In this document: positions 46,175 through 55,558 of the stretch, one piece after another
Layout of the letters: the number at the start of each line of letters is the position of its first letter
Position numbering within the stretch: position 1 is the first letter of the stretch
Assembly: GCA_964637135.1 (NCBI GenBank)
Contig: CAZWTX010000006.1
Span: forward strand, 62,001 to 117,987
Direction: 5' to 3'
Origin: an uncultured Methanospirillum sp.
GTDB taxonomy: Archaea; Halobacteriota; Methanomicrobia; Methanomicrobiales; Methanospirillaceae
DNA length: 55,987 bases
Notes under the pieces: model-generated
What the model saw: only the letters and a program-made list of their open reading frames with translations
What the model was told of the DNA's origin: nothing
The model's database searches: none
Translations under genes and position numbers: made by a program

Positions 46175-47596
46175 ATGAACCGGATATCTCCTCCCGTTTC
46201 TGCCCTTTTTACCGACCTCTATGAGTTGACCATGATGCAGGTCTGGTTCAGCCAGAACACCCATACCCGGCGGGCCTGTTTTGACCTCTTCTTTCGAGAA
46301 AATCCTTTCAACGGAGGATATAGTGTCGTCTGCGGTATTGATGATGCGATTGTATTTCTGACTGAAGCTCGATTCACCCCTGAGGATATCCGGTACCTCG
46401 CGTCCCTCGGGCTCTTTGATGAGTCTTTCCTTTCCTGGCTCTCCTCCTGGAAATTTGATGGAACCGTGCATGGGATGGCGGAAGGATCACTGGCTTTTCC
46501 GAATGAACCGGTTATGAGGATTGAGGGGAGTATCGCGTCATGCCAACTGGTCGAGACAGCGCTGCTGAACATCCTCAACTTCCAGTCGCTCATCGCCACC
46601 AAGGCCTCTCGGATAAGCGGGGTGATCGGGTGGGATCTGGTGATGGAATTCGGGGCACGGCGGGCCCAGGGGCCTGACGGTGCCTTTTCCGCAGCCCGTG
46701 CAGCGTACATCGGCGGCTGTTCGGGAACGTCGAATGTCCTCGCGGGAAAAGAACTGGGCATTCCGGTGAAAGGTACCCATGCCCATTCCTTTGTGATGGC
46801 TGCATCATCAGAGGTCGAAGCATTCCGCCAGTTTGTCGCCTGTTACCCTGACGGAGCGGTTCTCCTGATCGATACATATGACACCCTGGGGAGCGGACTC
46901 CCCCATGCCATCATGGTAGCACGGGAGATGGAGGAGCGTGGTCAGCGTCTTTTCGGCATACGGCTTGATAGCGGAGATATATTAACCCTTTCCCGCCGGT
47001 GCAGGGAAATCCTCGATGGTGAGGATCTATCGTATGTCCGGATCATCTGTTCCGGTGATCTCGATGAATATCACCTGGCAAAACTCCGTGATGCCGGCGC
47101 ACCCGTTGACGGGGCAGGCATCGGAACCAGGCTCGTAACCGGGAATGAATCTCCCGCCATGACCGGTGTCTACAAACTGGCAGCGATCGCAGGAGATGAC
47201 GGTACGATACGCCCGGTCCTGAAACTGACTGACCAGACGGCGAAGCAGACGCTCCCCGGGGTAAAACAGGTATACCGGACCTTTGATACCGATGGCATGA
47301 TGGCGGGTGACTGTATCGATCTGGCTCATCCCGAAACCGGCATAGTACCTGAAACCTTGAACCCGGGGAAAATAGTGCCCCTCTTACAGCCCCTGATGGT
47401 ATCGGGATCGCCTGTCCGGCCCGGGAGGACCATCCACGAGATCCGAAACACCCTCCGGTCAGCCCTCCAGCTTCTTCCCGGGCAGTATCTCCGGATTGAA
47501 CAACCTGCCACCTATCCCTGTACTATCGGGCCAAACCTTACACGGGTGAGGGACCAGGTATCACACTCCCATCAGATATCATCGCCAGACACCTGA
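46175..47596 (+). CDS. pncB: Nicotinate phosphoribosyltransferase
   Basis: LFTDLYELTM, FDLFFR, EFGARRAQG, GTHAHS, LIDTYDT, GIRLDSGD, GVYKL. Confidence 0.95.
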   Translation: MNRISPPVSALFTDLYELTMMQVWFSQNTHTRRACFDLFFRENPFNGGYSVVCGIDDAIVFLTEARFTPEDIRYLASLGLFDESFLSWLSSWKFDGTVHGMAEGSLAFPNEPVMRIEGSIASCQLVETALLNILNFQSLIATKASRISGVIGWDLVMEFGARRAQGPDGAFSAARAAYIGGCSGTSNVLAGKELGIPVKGTHAHSFVMAASSEVEAFRQFVACYPDGAVLLIDTYDTLGSGLPHAIMVAREMEERGQRLFGIRLDSGDILTLSRRCREILDGEDLSYVRIICSGDLDEYHLAKLRDAGAPVDGAGIGTRLVTGNESPAMTGVYKLAAIAGDDGTIRPVLKLTDQTAKQTLPGVKQVYRTFDTDGMMAGDCIDLAHPETGIVPETLNPGKIVPLLQPLMVSGSPVRPGRTIHEIRNTLRSALQLLPGQYLRIEQPATYPCTIGPNLTRVRDQVSHSHQISSPDT

Positions 47597-47663
47597 AGCG
47601 TCCTCGAAAGCGGATGCTGTCCTTCCAGGCGGTTGAACGACGGATGAGCGGGGTGATGGATGC

Positions 47664-47692
47664 GAGAAAAAAGGTTTTCCGGGTAAAAAAAG
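47664..47692 (-). terminator. Oligo-U terminator of the mbh operon
   Basis: Two T6-7 tracts on the minus strand just after the mbhN stop. Confidence 0.55.
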
Positions 47693-47703
47693 GAGCCGGG
47701 TAC

Positions 47704-48108
47704 TTACTCGACAATCATGGCTTCTTCATACCGGTCTTCGGTTGCGAGGAGAAACTCCTGGGACATATGCAGGGAGTCTTTCGGACAGATGTCGTTGCAC
47801 TGACTGCAGAAGACACACTGGGTCACCCATACCCTGATTCGTTTCGTTTCAGGAAGAAACTCGATGGCGTTGGCCGGGCATACCTTGATGCACATCCTGC
47901 ATCCGATACAGGTATCCCGGTCATAGTGGATCTTCCCCCTGAACTTTGGCGGTGTCTGAACGGGGGGATGAATTACAGCCTTCCCTTCTCCGACTGCCTT
48001 GAGAAACCCGGTTACTGAGGGGGGGAGGTTTCGTGCAGGGAAGAAATTGGTTGCCGGTTTCTTCAGGATCTGCCTGAGTACCATCGGAACTGATGGAAGC
48101 CTGATCAT
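47704..48108 (-). CDS. mbhN: Mbh 2x[4Fe-4S] subunit
   Basis: CIGCRMCIKVCP and CVFCSQCNDICP. ATGA overlap with mbhM. Confidence 0.88.
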   Translation of the reverse strand: MIRLPSVPMVLRQILKKPATNFFPARNLPPSVTGFLKAVGEGKAVIHPPVQTPPKFRGKIHYDRDTCIGCRMCIKVCPANAIEFLPETKRIRVWVTQCVFCSQCNDICPKDSLHMSQEFLLATEDRYEEAMIVE

Positions 48109-49136
48109 AATCCGCACCCCCCGGTACTGATCATTCCGTCAATTACCACCAGGACCAGCCCGATAAGCCCGATCCCGGTGAACCAGCCCCAATACATCGA
48201 GACGAGGGTATTGATCCGGAACCGTGCCATAACAACCCGGATGACGGTCACCGAGAAGAAGATGACGATCATTGCCTTTACGAGGAAGAAGACGAGATCA
48301 ACCCCTGCCGCGGCAATCCCTGAAAGCCCGATCACCGGCGAGAGGTTCCAGGGGAGGAAGAGGATCACCGCAAGCCCTGCCATCGCAACAAGTTTTACTG
48401 CCATCGAGAGAGTGAAGAGGGCGAGGTTTTTCCCCGAGTATTCCACGAGGAGCCCCCCGCAGAGTTCGGTCTCGGCCTCGGGCGTATCACAGGGAATCCG
48501 GGAGAGTTCTGCCGGCGTCACCCAGGCAAGCACGATCAGGAGAAGAATACAGCCGATGATGCCGACCGGCCCGACAACCTCCCAGATAGACGTGGACATG
48601 AGGGTCTGCAGAGAGAATGGGGCGACATATCCCGCCACGGCAAGGCGCCAGGCGATGGCCACGATCGCGATTGCAAGGGGGAACTCGTATGCAATCATCG
48701 TCACCATCTCCCGCTGGGCACCGACACTGGCATACGGGGAACCTGATGCGAACCCGCCTGCCACCATGGCGAGGGCGGGGATGGTCAGGAGGTACATGAT
48801 CAGGATAAGATCCCCCCATTCGCCGGTGACCGGGACAGGAGCACCAACCGGGCTGATACTGCCAATCGGGAGGTACACGAGGACCATTACCGCTGATGCA
48901 AACGCAACGATCGGTGCCGCATTGAAGAGGAACGGAATAGCGTTCGCAGGGACGACAGAATCCTTACACAGCAGTTTCCGGACATCGATGAACGGCTGGA
49001 GGAGGGGCGGACCCTGGCGCATCTGCATCCGGGCAGCACAGATCCGGTCAATCCCCATGATCAGGAGTCCTGCCCCGGATCCGAAGATCGTGACGGCGAT
49101 GACCCCTGCGAGGGCAATAAACAGATCATTCATCAT
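48105..49136 (-). CDS. mbhM: Mbh membrane subunit, NuoH-like
   Basis: ARMQMRQGPP..QPF.D..KLL.K, PCDTPEAETEL..G..VEYSG, RFRI. Confidence 0.9.
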   Translation of the reverse strand: MMNDLFIALAGVIAVTIFGSGAGLLIMGIDRICAARMQMRQGPPLLQPFIDVRKLLCKDSVVPANAIPFLFNAAPIVAFASAVMVLVYLPIGSISPVGAPVPVTGEWGDLILIMYLLTIPALAMVAGGFASGSPYASVGAQREMVTMIAYEFPLAIAIVAIAWRLAVAGYVAPFSLQTLMSTSIWEVVGPVGIIGCILLLIVLAWVTPAELSRIPCDTPEAETELCGGLLVEYSGKNLALFTLSMAVKLVAMAGLAVILFLPWNLSPVIGLSGIAAAGVDLVFFLVKAMIVIFFSVTVIRVVMARFRINTLVSMYWGWFTGIGLIGLVLVVIDGMISTGGCGL

Positions 49137-50359
49137 TCCTGCATCCTCCGTGTTTTCTCAACCGATAACCGGTGCAGGTGTTCTTTTGTCAGGATACCGG
49201 CCCCGCTATCACCAGCTATGACGACCCGGTCTGTACAGGACATACAGGGATCGATAGAAGCGACGATGATTGGTATATCGGCGATCTGTTCACCTTTCAG
49301 GATATCAACCCAGGCCATCTGGTTTGAGTAGGTGGAAGCCTTTACCTTCCACATCTCCGGTGATTCCTGCTTCCCGTTCATCCTGACGTAATGGGTGTCT
49401 TCTCCCCGGGGTGCTTCGACTCTTCCGAATGCTTCTCCGGCAGCTTTCTTGAGATTCAGGAGGATCTTGGCGTACTTCTCCTCGCCAAGGACCGGGCCTT
49501 CAGGCATCTGGTTCATACACTGCCTGATGATCCTGATCGATTGGGGTATTTCGTACAACCTGACAACAATCCGGTCATACACATCGCCGAGGGTTTCCTG
49601 ACCGTAGACATCCGGAAGGATGACATCAAAGTCAACATCACCGTATGCGGCATAGGGAGAATCACGCCTGACATCCATCTTCAGGCCGGAAGCCCGTGAC
49701 GTCGGGCCGACGGTCCCGAGCTCAAGGGCACGCTTCTTCGGGAGTATTCCTGCGTTTCTGCACCGCATCTGGATGGTTTTATCGGTCAGGAAGAGTTTCA
49801 CCATCTTTTCAAAGATTCCCTCGTAGTACTGGAGGGCCTGCTCGATCCGCGGGAACATGTCAGGGGTGATATCCCGGCGGGTACCCCCGATCATGATAAT
49901 ACCGTAGTTGATCCGGTTTCCGGTGATGTACTCGATTATATCCACCGACTCTTCCCTGACCTGCCAGGCGAGGTAGAAGAGGGTATCAAACCCGAGTTCG
50001 TGTGCTGCAACACCGGCCCAGAGGAGATGTGACTGGATCCGCTCGAACTCGGCGATGATCGTCCTGACGTAAAAAGCACGGTCAGGCACTTCCACTCCCG
50101 CTATCTGTTCGACGGCATGGGCGAATGCCATGGCATGGGACACCCCGCAGATACCGCAGATCCGGTCACAGAGGTGAAGGATCTGTACCGGGTTTCTCCG
50201 CATACCCATCCATTCGATCCCCCGGTGAGCCCGGCCGGGAGCAAAGTCCACCTCCTCGATCACCTCACCCTGGATTTTGAAGGTGAAGTTGATCGGCTCT
50301 TTCAATGCCGGGTGGATTGGTCCGATTGGCATCTCGTATGGTGCATTCTTGCTGCTCAT
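49133..50359 (-). CDS. mbhL: Group 4 [NiFe]-hydrogenase large subunit
   Basis: GPIHPALKEP, RICGIC (L1), EAPRGE, DPCMSCTDR (L2) and a C-terminal extension. Confidence 0.94.
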   Translation of the reverse strand: MSSKNAPYEMPIGPIHPALKEPINFTFKIQGEVIEEVDFAPGRAHRGIEWMGMRRNPVQILHLCDRICGICGVSHAMAFAHAVEQIAGVEVPDRAFYVRTIIAEFERIQSHLLWAGVAAHELGFDTLFYLAWQVREESVDIIEYITGNRINYGIIMIGGTRRDITPDMFPRIEQALQYYEGIFEKMVKLFLTDKTIQMRCRNAGILPKKRALELGTVGPTSRASGLKMDVRRDSPYAAYGDVDFDVILPDVYGQETLGDVYDRIVVRLYEIPQSIRIIRQCMNQMPEGPVLGEEKYAKILLNLKKAAGEAFGRVEAPRGEDTHYVRMNGKQESPEMWKVKASTYSNQMAWVDILKGEQIADIPIIVASIDPCMSCTDRVVIAGDSGAGILTKEHLHRLSVEKTRRMQE

Positions 50360-51009
50360 TCCTGTTCACCTCCTTTTTTTCCTTCTTTTACAGGCGGAAC
50401 TTCCGGTTCTGCATTCCCGGGTTCCTGCTTGTTTTCCGGTTCAGCAACGGTCACTGCCGGTGCAGGCCGGTCAGTCGGCCGGTCTACTTTCCAGAGTTCC
50501 CGCACCATGGACGGGGGGATACCTTTCTCGTCCTTGCGCCACGGGTAAACATCCATGGGGAAATCCTCGGGCAGGAAAATGCGGCGGGAATCCGGAATCC
50601 CGTCAACGATGATCCCGATCATATCCTGCTTCTCCCGTTCAGTGTAGACAGCCCCGGGAATGATGCCCGATATCGTCGGGACATGGGGATCCGTCTTCGG
50701 AACATGGACGGTGATGTTTATCTCTATCTCCTCGAATTCCCCGCCGAAGAAGATCTGCATCGTGTATATGAGGTCTATCATCTCACCGGCATCGGCAGCG
50801 GCAACAACCCCGAGATGGGGGAAGTCAATCGAGACGATCTCCTCGATCACCCTGAGGAGATTTTCCCTGTCGCAAGTAAGCCAGAGAGAACGCTTGGGTC
50901 GTTTTTTAACTCCTTCTCCCCACAGGACGATTCGGATATCAGAAACTGCATTCCCGGTTCGTGCCGTGATGCGGGCGCCGACCTCTTCGGGTGTCATCGT
51001 TGCTCTCAT
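50356..51009 (-). CDS. mbhK: Mbh NuoC-like subunit
   Basis: PTISGIIPGA...EREKQDMIG....GIP..RRIFLPEDFP..VYPWRKD. The likely start is ATG 51009. Confidence 0.88.
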   Translation of the reverse strand: MRATMTPEEVGARITARTGNAVSDIRIVLWGEGVKKRPKRSLWLTCDRENLLRVIEEIVSIDFPHLGVVAAADAGEMIDLIYTMQIFFGGEFEEIEINITVHVPKTDPHVPTISGIIPGAVYTEREKQDMIGIIVDGIPDSRRIFLPEDFPMDVYPWRKDEKGIPPSMVRELWKVDRPTDRPAPAVTVAEPENKQEPGNAEPEVPPVKEGKKGGEQE

Positions 51010-51443
51010 ACCTTCGCCTCCTCCTCGAGACGCTCGAGTTTTTTGATCGCCTGGACCACCCCGTAGATGATGGCCTCCGGGCGGGGGGCACACCCGGGGA
51101 CATAGACATCCACCGGAATAACCTGATCAACCGGACCATCAAGATTGTAGGAATCGTAGAAGACGCCTCCCGACTGGCCGCAGGTGCCGACGCACAGCAC
51201 AACCTTCGGTGCGGGCATCTGTTCATACACCCGTTTTACCTTGTCCCGCATCTGTCGCGTAACCGGGCCGGTGACGAGGAGCACATCGGCATGGCGTGGA
51301 GAACCGACGAGCCTGATTCCGAACCGTTCAGGATCGTACCGTGGACAGATCGTGGCGACGATCTCTACATCGCAGCCGTTACAGGATCCGGTATTCATGT
51401 GGAACACCCAGAGGGAGCGGTTAAACGACGGGGAGAGTCTCAT
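51006..51443 (-). CDS. mbhJ: Mbh hydrogenase small subunit, NuoB-like
   Basis: SCNGCDVE, SPRHADVLLVTG, VGTC..SGG, VPGCAPRP. The likely start is ATG 51443. Confidence 0.92.
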   Translation of the reverse strand: MRLSPSFNRSLWVFHMNTGSCNGCDVEIVATICPRYDPERFGIRLVGSPRHADVLLVTGPVTRQMRDKVKRVYEQMPAPKVVLCVGTCGQSGGVFYDSYNLDGPVDQVIPVDVYVPGCAPRPEAIIYGVVQAIKKLERLEEEAKV

Positions 51444-51787
51444 CTGAAGATCACCACCATGACCAGAAGCAGTGCTGTTACGGCCAGATAGGCAAGGACG
51501 TAATCGGAGGCATTCCCTGTATGGAGCGGTTTTATCCATCGGTAATACCCGGAGAGGGCATCAGTATACCCCCAATAGAGGTTTCCTCCCCTGATATGAA
51601 CGGCTCCCTTCTCGGGCTCTTTGTTCCCGGAGAGGTACGGGGCTGCCCCGTCCTTTCCGGCAGGGTGATCTCCTTCACCGCGTCGCCAGATGATCCAGCC
51701 GATGATCATGGCGACGATAAAGGCAGCAAGCCAGAAGATCGCGTTCCAGGAACCGAATCCGGTAGAGAGGGTGAATGATCCGACCAT
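51440..51787 (-). CDS. mbhI: Mbh subunit I
   Basis: GFGSWNA, PYLSGN, NLYWG, HTGN.SDY. Located between H and J. Confidence 0.8.
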   Translation of the reverse strand: MVGSFTLSTGFGSWNAIFWLAAFIVAMIIGWIIWRRGEGDHPAGKDGAAPYLSGNKEPEKGAVHIRGGNLYWGYTDALSGYYRWIKPLHTGNASDYVLAYLAVTALLLVMVVIFR

Positions 51788-53355
51788 CAGACACCTCCGA
51801 GCACAGCCGAGACATACCCGGTATGATCCACGAGTGCTGTTGCAGCCGGGGCAACAATGACATCCACCACCTGCTGGGGGAACAACCCGAACAGGATGAC
51901 AAGCAGGGCGAGGATTCCCATTCCGACAAGCATCGGAAGTGGTGCTTCCTGGACCCCGGAGTATTCAGGCAGTTTTGGACCCATGAAGATCGAGTGGAAG
52001 ACTTTCACAAAGGAAGCAAGGGTCAGGATACTCACCACCATCGCGATAATGGAGAGGATCGGGCTGAATAAGAATGTAGATTCATAAATAAGCAGTTTTG
52101 ATGCAAATCCGTTGAAGGGAGGGATGCCTGCGATGGCAAGGGCCCCGATCATGAAGAAGACCATCGTCCATTTCATCGAGTGCCCGAGTCCGCCGAGCTG
52201 GTTGAGGCTTCTTGTCCCGCACCGGTACATGATCACCCCGGCGGTCAGGAAGAGGAGTCCCTTGTACAGGGCATGGTTCATGATATGGAAAAGCCCGCCC
52301 TTCAATGCCGTCATTCCCACGCTCTGCATCAGGCACGGGCTCGACATCGCGGCAAGCCCGACTCCTACTCCGAGGAGCATGTACCCGGTCTGGGAGACAG
52401 CATGGTATGCCATGAGCCGTTTGACATCCTTCTGCGGGATGGCCATGGTGACCCCGACAAACATCGAGAGAACACCGAGGACAATGATAATCCAGCCGAT
52501 CGTGACCGGATTGATGACCTCGCCGTATACAGAGAAGGCAATCCTGAAGAGACCGTAGAGACTTGCCTGGCTTGAAACCACGAGGAACGCGGTTACTGCC
52601 GAGGGAGCCATGGAGTACGAATCAGGTGTCCAGAAATGCATCGGCACCGCCCCGCATTTCATTGCCAGGGCGGTGAAGATGAGGACAAAGGCGATGATGT
52701 CAAGGACCGTCAGTTGCATCCGGTCGGCGATGACGGCCATGTTCAGGGAGTTATACTGGGCGAAAAGGAGACCGATGGCGAGCAGCACCATCATTCCGCC
52801 GATGGTTGATATCACCCCGTACTTGAGACCGGCCTCTGCCGCAACCCCCCTGTCGACCCGGAAGGCGACGAGGGCAGCACCGGCAAGGGAACTGATCTCA
52901 AGGAAGACAAAGAAGTTGAAGATATCACCGGTCGCGATCATTCCGTTTACCCCGGCGACGAGGAGCATGAGCAGGGTGTAATACCCGTCCTTCCCTGAAT
53001 GCTCTGCCATGCTCGTGATCGAGTAGACGGTAATTGAGAACCCGACGATGGCCGAGATGATCAGCATGAAGGCGTTCATCGCATCAATGGTGAATATGAT
53101 CCGGATCGGAATCCCGCCCGAGTCTGGGGGAATCACCTGGCTGAGGTCAGATATCCCGAAGGCATACGTGATGGTGCCGCCGGTGAGCACTTCTGCTGCG
53201 ATTAAAAGCCCGGTGCATGCGGTAAGCAGGGAAATGAGGAGAATCCATCCGTTTCTCATCCCGTCTCCGGCGCGGGAGATGAACGGGGTAAGAAACGCCC
53301 CGAGCAGGGGTAATGCGATCAGGAGTGCCGGTAAATTATCAAGTATCAGGTTCAT
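51787..53355 (-). CDS. mbhH: Mbh antiporter-like subunit (MrpD/NuoN-like)
   Basis: About 14 TM helices, GDIFNFFVFLEI, KCGAVPMHFWTPD, KRLMAY, H..NHALYK, PPFNGF.SK. Confidence 0.92.
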   Translation of the reverse strand: MNLILDNLPALLIALPLLGAFLTPFISRAGDGMRNGWILLISLLTACTGLLIAAEVLTGGTITYAFGISDLSQVIPPDSGGIPIRIIFTIDAMNAFMLIISAIVGFSITVYSITSMAEHSGKDGYYTLLMLLVAGVNGMIATGDIFNFFVFLEISSLAGAALVAFRVDRGVAAEAGLKYGVISTIGGMMVLLAIGLLFAQYNSLNMAVIADRMQLTVLDIIAFVLIFTALAMKCGAVPMHFWTPDSYSMAPSAVTAFLVVSSQASLYGLFRIAFSVYGEVINPVTIGWIIIVLGVLSMFVGVTMAIPQKDVKRLMAYHAVSQTGYMLLGVGVGLAAMSSPCLMQSVGMTALKGGLFHIMNHALYKGLLFLTAGVIMYRCGTRSLNQLGGLGHSMKWTMVFFMIGALAIAGIPPFNGFASKLLIYESTFLFSPILSIIAMVVSILTLASFVKVFHSIFMGPKLPEYSGVQEAPLPMLVGMGILALLVILFGLFPQQVVDVIVAPAATALVDHTGYVSAVLGGV

Positions 53356-53357
53356 GG

Positions 53358-53702
53358 TTACCCCTGGAGCTTATTGACGTTCCGAACATCTTTCGTCTTG
53401 TAATACCGCCAGATCAGCATGACAAATGAGAGCAGCAGTGCCTCGGTTGCGACACCGATGACGATGCTCGTCAGGGTGAGGGCCTGAACGGTCGGCATGA
53501 CCATCTCAAGGGACGGTGCGTTCGTGAAGATCGGGGCCACCGAATCCCATCGGTACCCGATAGTGATGAGGAAGAGATTGACTCCGGCCTCAACCATCGA
53601 GAGACCCATGACGATCTTGATCAGATCTTTACGGAGAAGGATGGCATAGATTCCAAGGATTATGGTGATAGCCACCACAATATAGGGGAGATTATCTATC
53701 AT
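53358..53702 (-). CDS. mbhG: Mbh subunit G (MrpC-like)
   Basis: DLIKIVMGL...E.GVNLF, QALTLTSIVIG. Confidence 0.9.
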   Translation of the reverse strand: MIDNLPYIVVAITIILGIYAILLRKDLIKIVMGLSMVEAGVNLFLITIGYRWDSVAPIFTNAPSLEMVMPTVQALTLTSIVIGVATEALLLSFVMLIWRYYKTKDVRNVNKLQG

Positions 53703-54172
53703 TCTCCTTCCTCCATTGAATGTAATCCGTGTGTCATGTATACTATGATAATAGAGAGTCCGCCAAGAACCTCAACGCCCACTGCGATATTCATAATCGG
53801 AAGAACACCTGCAGTATTGAGGAAGCCGGCATTCACTCCGAAGGGAACTGTCTGGCCGAAGAGTCCACCTGCATGGGCGAGATAATTCATGAAGAAGGTA
53901 CTGCCAAGGCCGATGGCAACGAGTGCCGTTCCGATGAAGAGTGAAAGACCGATTGTTTCGCTGTTCTGAAATGAGAGTTTACTGAACCGTGTCGTGACAT
54001 CCTCAATCCGGTGTGCCACAAAGAGGAGGATAAACCCGGTCGCGAGGATTGCTCCGCCCTGGAATCCACCTCCGGGAGTGAGGTGGCCATGGATCACGAT
54101 GTAGAATCCGAAGACGAGAATGAAGGGGAAGAGGATATCAGCCGTGGTCCTGACGATCTTACTCATATTCAT
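53699..54172 (-). CDS. mbhF: Mbh subunit F (MrpB-like)
   Basis: HGHLTPGGGFQGG, N.AVG.EV. The likely start is ATG 54172. Confidence 0.9.
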   Translation of the reverse strand: MNMSKIVRTTADILFPFILVFGFYIVIHGHLTPGGGFQGGAILATGFILLFVAHRIEDVTTRFSKLSFQNSETIGLSLFIGTALVAIGLGSTFFMNYLAHAGGLFGQTVPFGVNAGFLNTAGVLPIMNIAVGVEVLGGLSIIIVYMTHGLHSMEEGE

Positions 54173-54443
54173 AGTCTTCCTCCTTCTTCCGTTGCCTGAG
54201 AAGCACGGCGACACCCATCACGGCCGTGAAGAGCACACTGGCTTCGCCTAAGGTATCGAATCCTCTGAAGTCAAAGACGATCGAGGTTACGACATTGTTG
54301 GTAGCGGTCTGTTCCTGCCCGTGGGCGATGAAGTAATCGTCCATATCTGAGGCCTGTGGGGCTCCAAAGGGAATGGACAGGGCCACATATGCAAAGGCAA
54401 CACTCATTACGATCAGGGTTCCCCATGCGAGAATGTCTCTCAT
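54159..54443 (-). CDS. mbhE: Mbh subunit E
   Basis: NVVTSIVFDFRGFDTLGEA.VLFTA. Confidence 0.9.
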   Translation of the reverse strand: MRDILAWGTLIVMSVAFAYVALSIPFGAPQASDMDDYFIAHGQEQTATNNVVTSIVFDFRGFDTLGEASVLFTAVMGVAVLLRQRKKEEDYEYE

Positions 54444-54688
54444 CAGGCCACCTCCTCTTTATCCGTCGCCCGGATGGCAATGATGTAGATGGCCGTTGAG
54501 AGTCCGGCTCCGACTGCTGCCTCGGCAATAGCCACGTCAGGAGCCTGGAGAATGTAAAACTCAAGCGAGAGAAGGAAACCGAATCCAGCGAATGAGATGG
54601 TTGCAGCAATCAGGTCCCGCTGGAAGATAACCAGTCCGGCAGTGATGACAATCCCGATAAGGACCAGGATCTGAATGATGTCAATCAT
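54443..54688 (-). CDS. mbhD: Mbh subunit D (DUF4040)
   Basis: LQAPDVAIAEAAVGAG. The likely start is ATG 54688. Confidence 0.9.
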   Translation of the reverse strand: MIDIIQILVLIGIVITAGLVIFQRDLIAATISFAGFGFLLSLEFYILQAPDVAIAEAAVGAGLSTAIYIIAIRATDKEEVA

Positions 54689-55043
54689 AGAGGTTCGCCT
54701 CCGCAAGACGGTCAACAACAGCAGGGATTGGAACCTGTCCGGATTTGTGTGCTGCCCTGGCAATAGCGTGAGAACCGGCAGCGTTTGTGATAGCAAGGGC
54801 AAAGATGGCAATCAGTACGTGAAGAATCAGCATGAGGTACTGGGCATCTGCAGATCCAAGGTACGTGGCTCCTGCATACACGACGATTGCAAGTCCAATG
54901 AAGATTGTTCCAAATGTGGTGGATTTCGTCGAGGCATGGAGCCTTGTATACATATCAGGGAACCGGAGGATGCCAATGATACCGAGTGCATTAAAAAACA
55001 GCCCTATTGCAAGCAGGATCAGGACGATGGTTTCAGCGATCAT
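54681..55043 (-). CDS. mbhC: Mbh subunit C (MrpG-like)
   Basis: RFPDMYTRLHASTK..T.G, SHAIARAA. Confidence 0.92.
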   Translation of the reverse strand: MIAETIVLILLAIGLFFNALGIIGILRFPDMYTRLHASTKSTTFGTIFIGLAIVVYAGATYLGSADAQYLMLILHVLIAIFALAITNAAGSHAIARAAHKSGQVPIPAVVDRLAEANLYD

Positions 55044-55228
55044 GAGATTTGACCTCCGAGGTGTCTGGTTGTAAACCAGGTGGATGCAAAGAAGAGCAAA
55101 GCGTAGGGGATTGCGATATAAACGAATAACATCTGTCCGCTGATGAATCCGTACAGAAGTAACATCACGGTCGTGATCGTATCAATCGCGATCGCGGCAT
55201 AAAACAGGAGCCTGATGGTATCAGTCAC
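55040..55228 (-). CDS. Truncated MbhB/MrpF-like paralog (62 aa)
   Basis: GGAGG RBS, GTG start, ATGA overlap with mbhC. IAIPYALL.F.ST..TRHLGG parallels mbhB. Confidence 0.65.
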   Translation of the reverse strand: MTDTIRLLFYAAIAIDTITTVMLLLYGFISGQMLFVYIAIPYALLFFASTWFTTRHLGGQIS

Positions 55229-55300
55229 AGTTTCGCCTCCGCTTGCTGGACACTATCAGAGGACTGCCGATAACTATCAGGTGTAATATCCCTGATATCA

Positions 55301-55558
55301 TCAGAGCTCACCCCCGATGTACTTGGAAATATACAGGGTTGAGACGAAGGAGAGCAGGGCATACAGAATTGCGACGTCGATGAAGATCAACTGCCTATAT
55401 ACAACGCCAAGCAGGAGCATTGCTGCAACCGTAATCGTGTTGATGGCATCGACCGCGACGATCCTGTCAGGGATTGTCGGGCCCAGATATAGCCTGATGA
55501 TGGCAAGCAATGCCAGGATAACAAGGACCACTACAGCAGCAAAGAAGTACTCCATCAT
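55301..55558 (-). CDS. mbhB: Mbh subunit B (MrpF-like)
   Basis: RLYLGPT.PDRIVAVD, DVAILYALLSFVST. Confidence 0.92.
   Translation of the reverse strand: MMEYFFAAVVVLVILALLAIIRLYLGPTIPDRIVAVDAINTITVAAMLLLGVVYRQLIFIDVAILYALLSFVSTLYISKYIGGEL

Noticed and set aside
47598..47619. Hairpin AGCGTCC-TCGAAAGC-GGATGCT after pncB as a possible SECIS or ncRNA
   Set aside because: No nearby gene has an in-frame UGA and the stem is short. At most it is a 3' stability or terminator hairpin.
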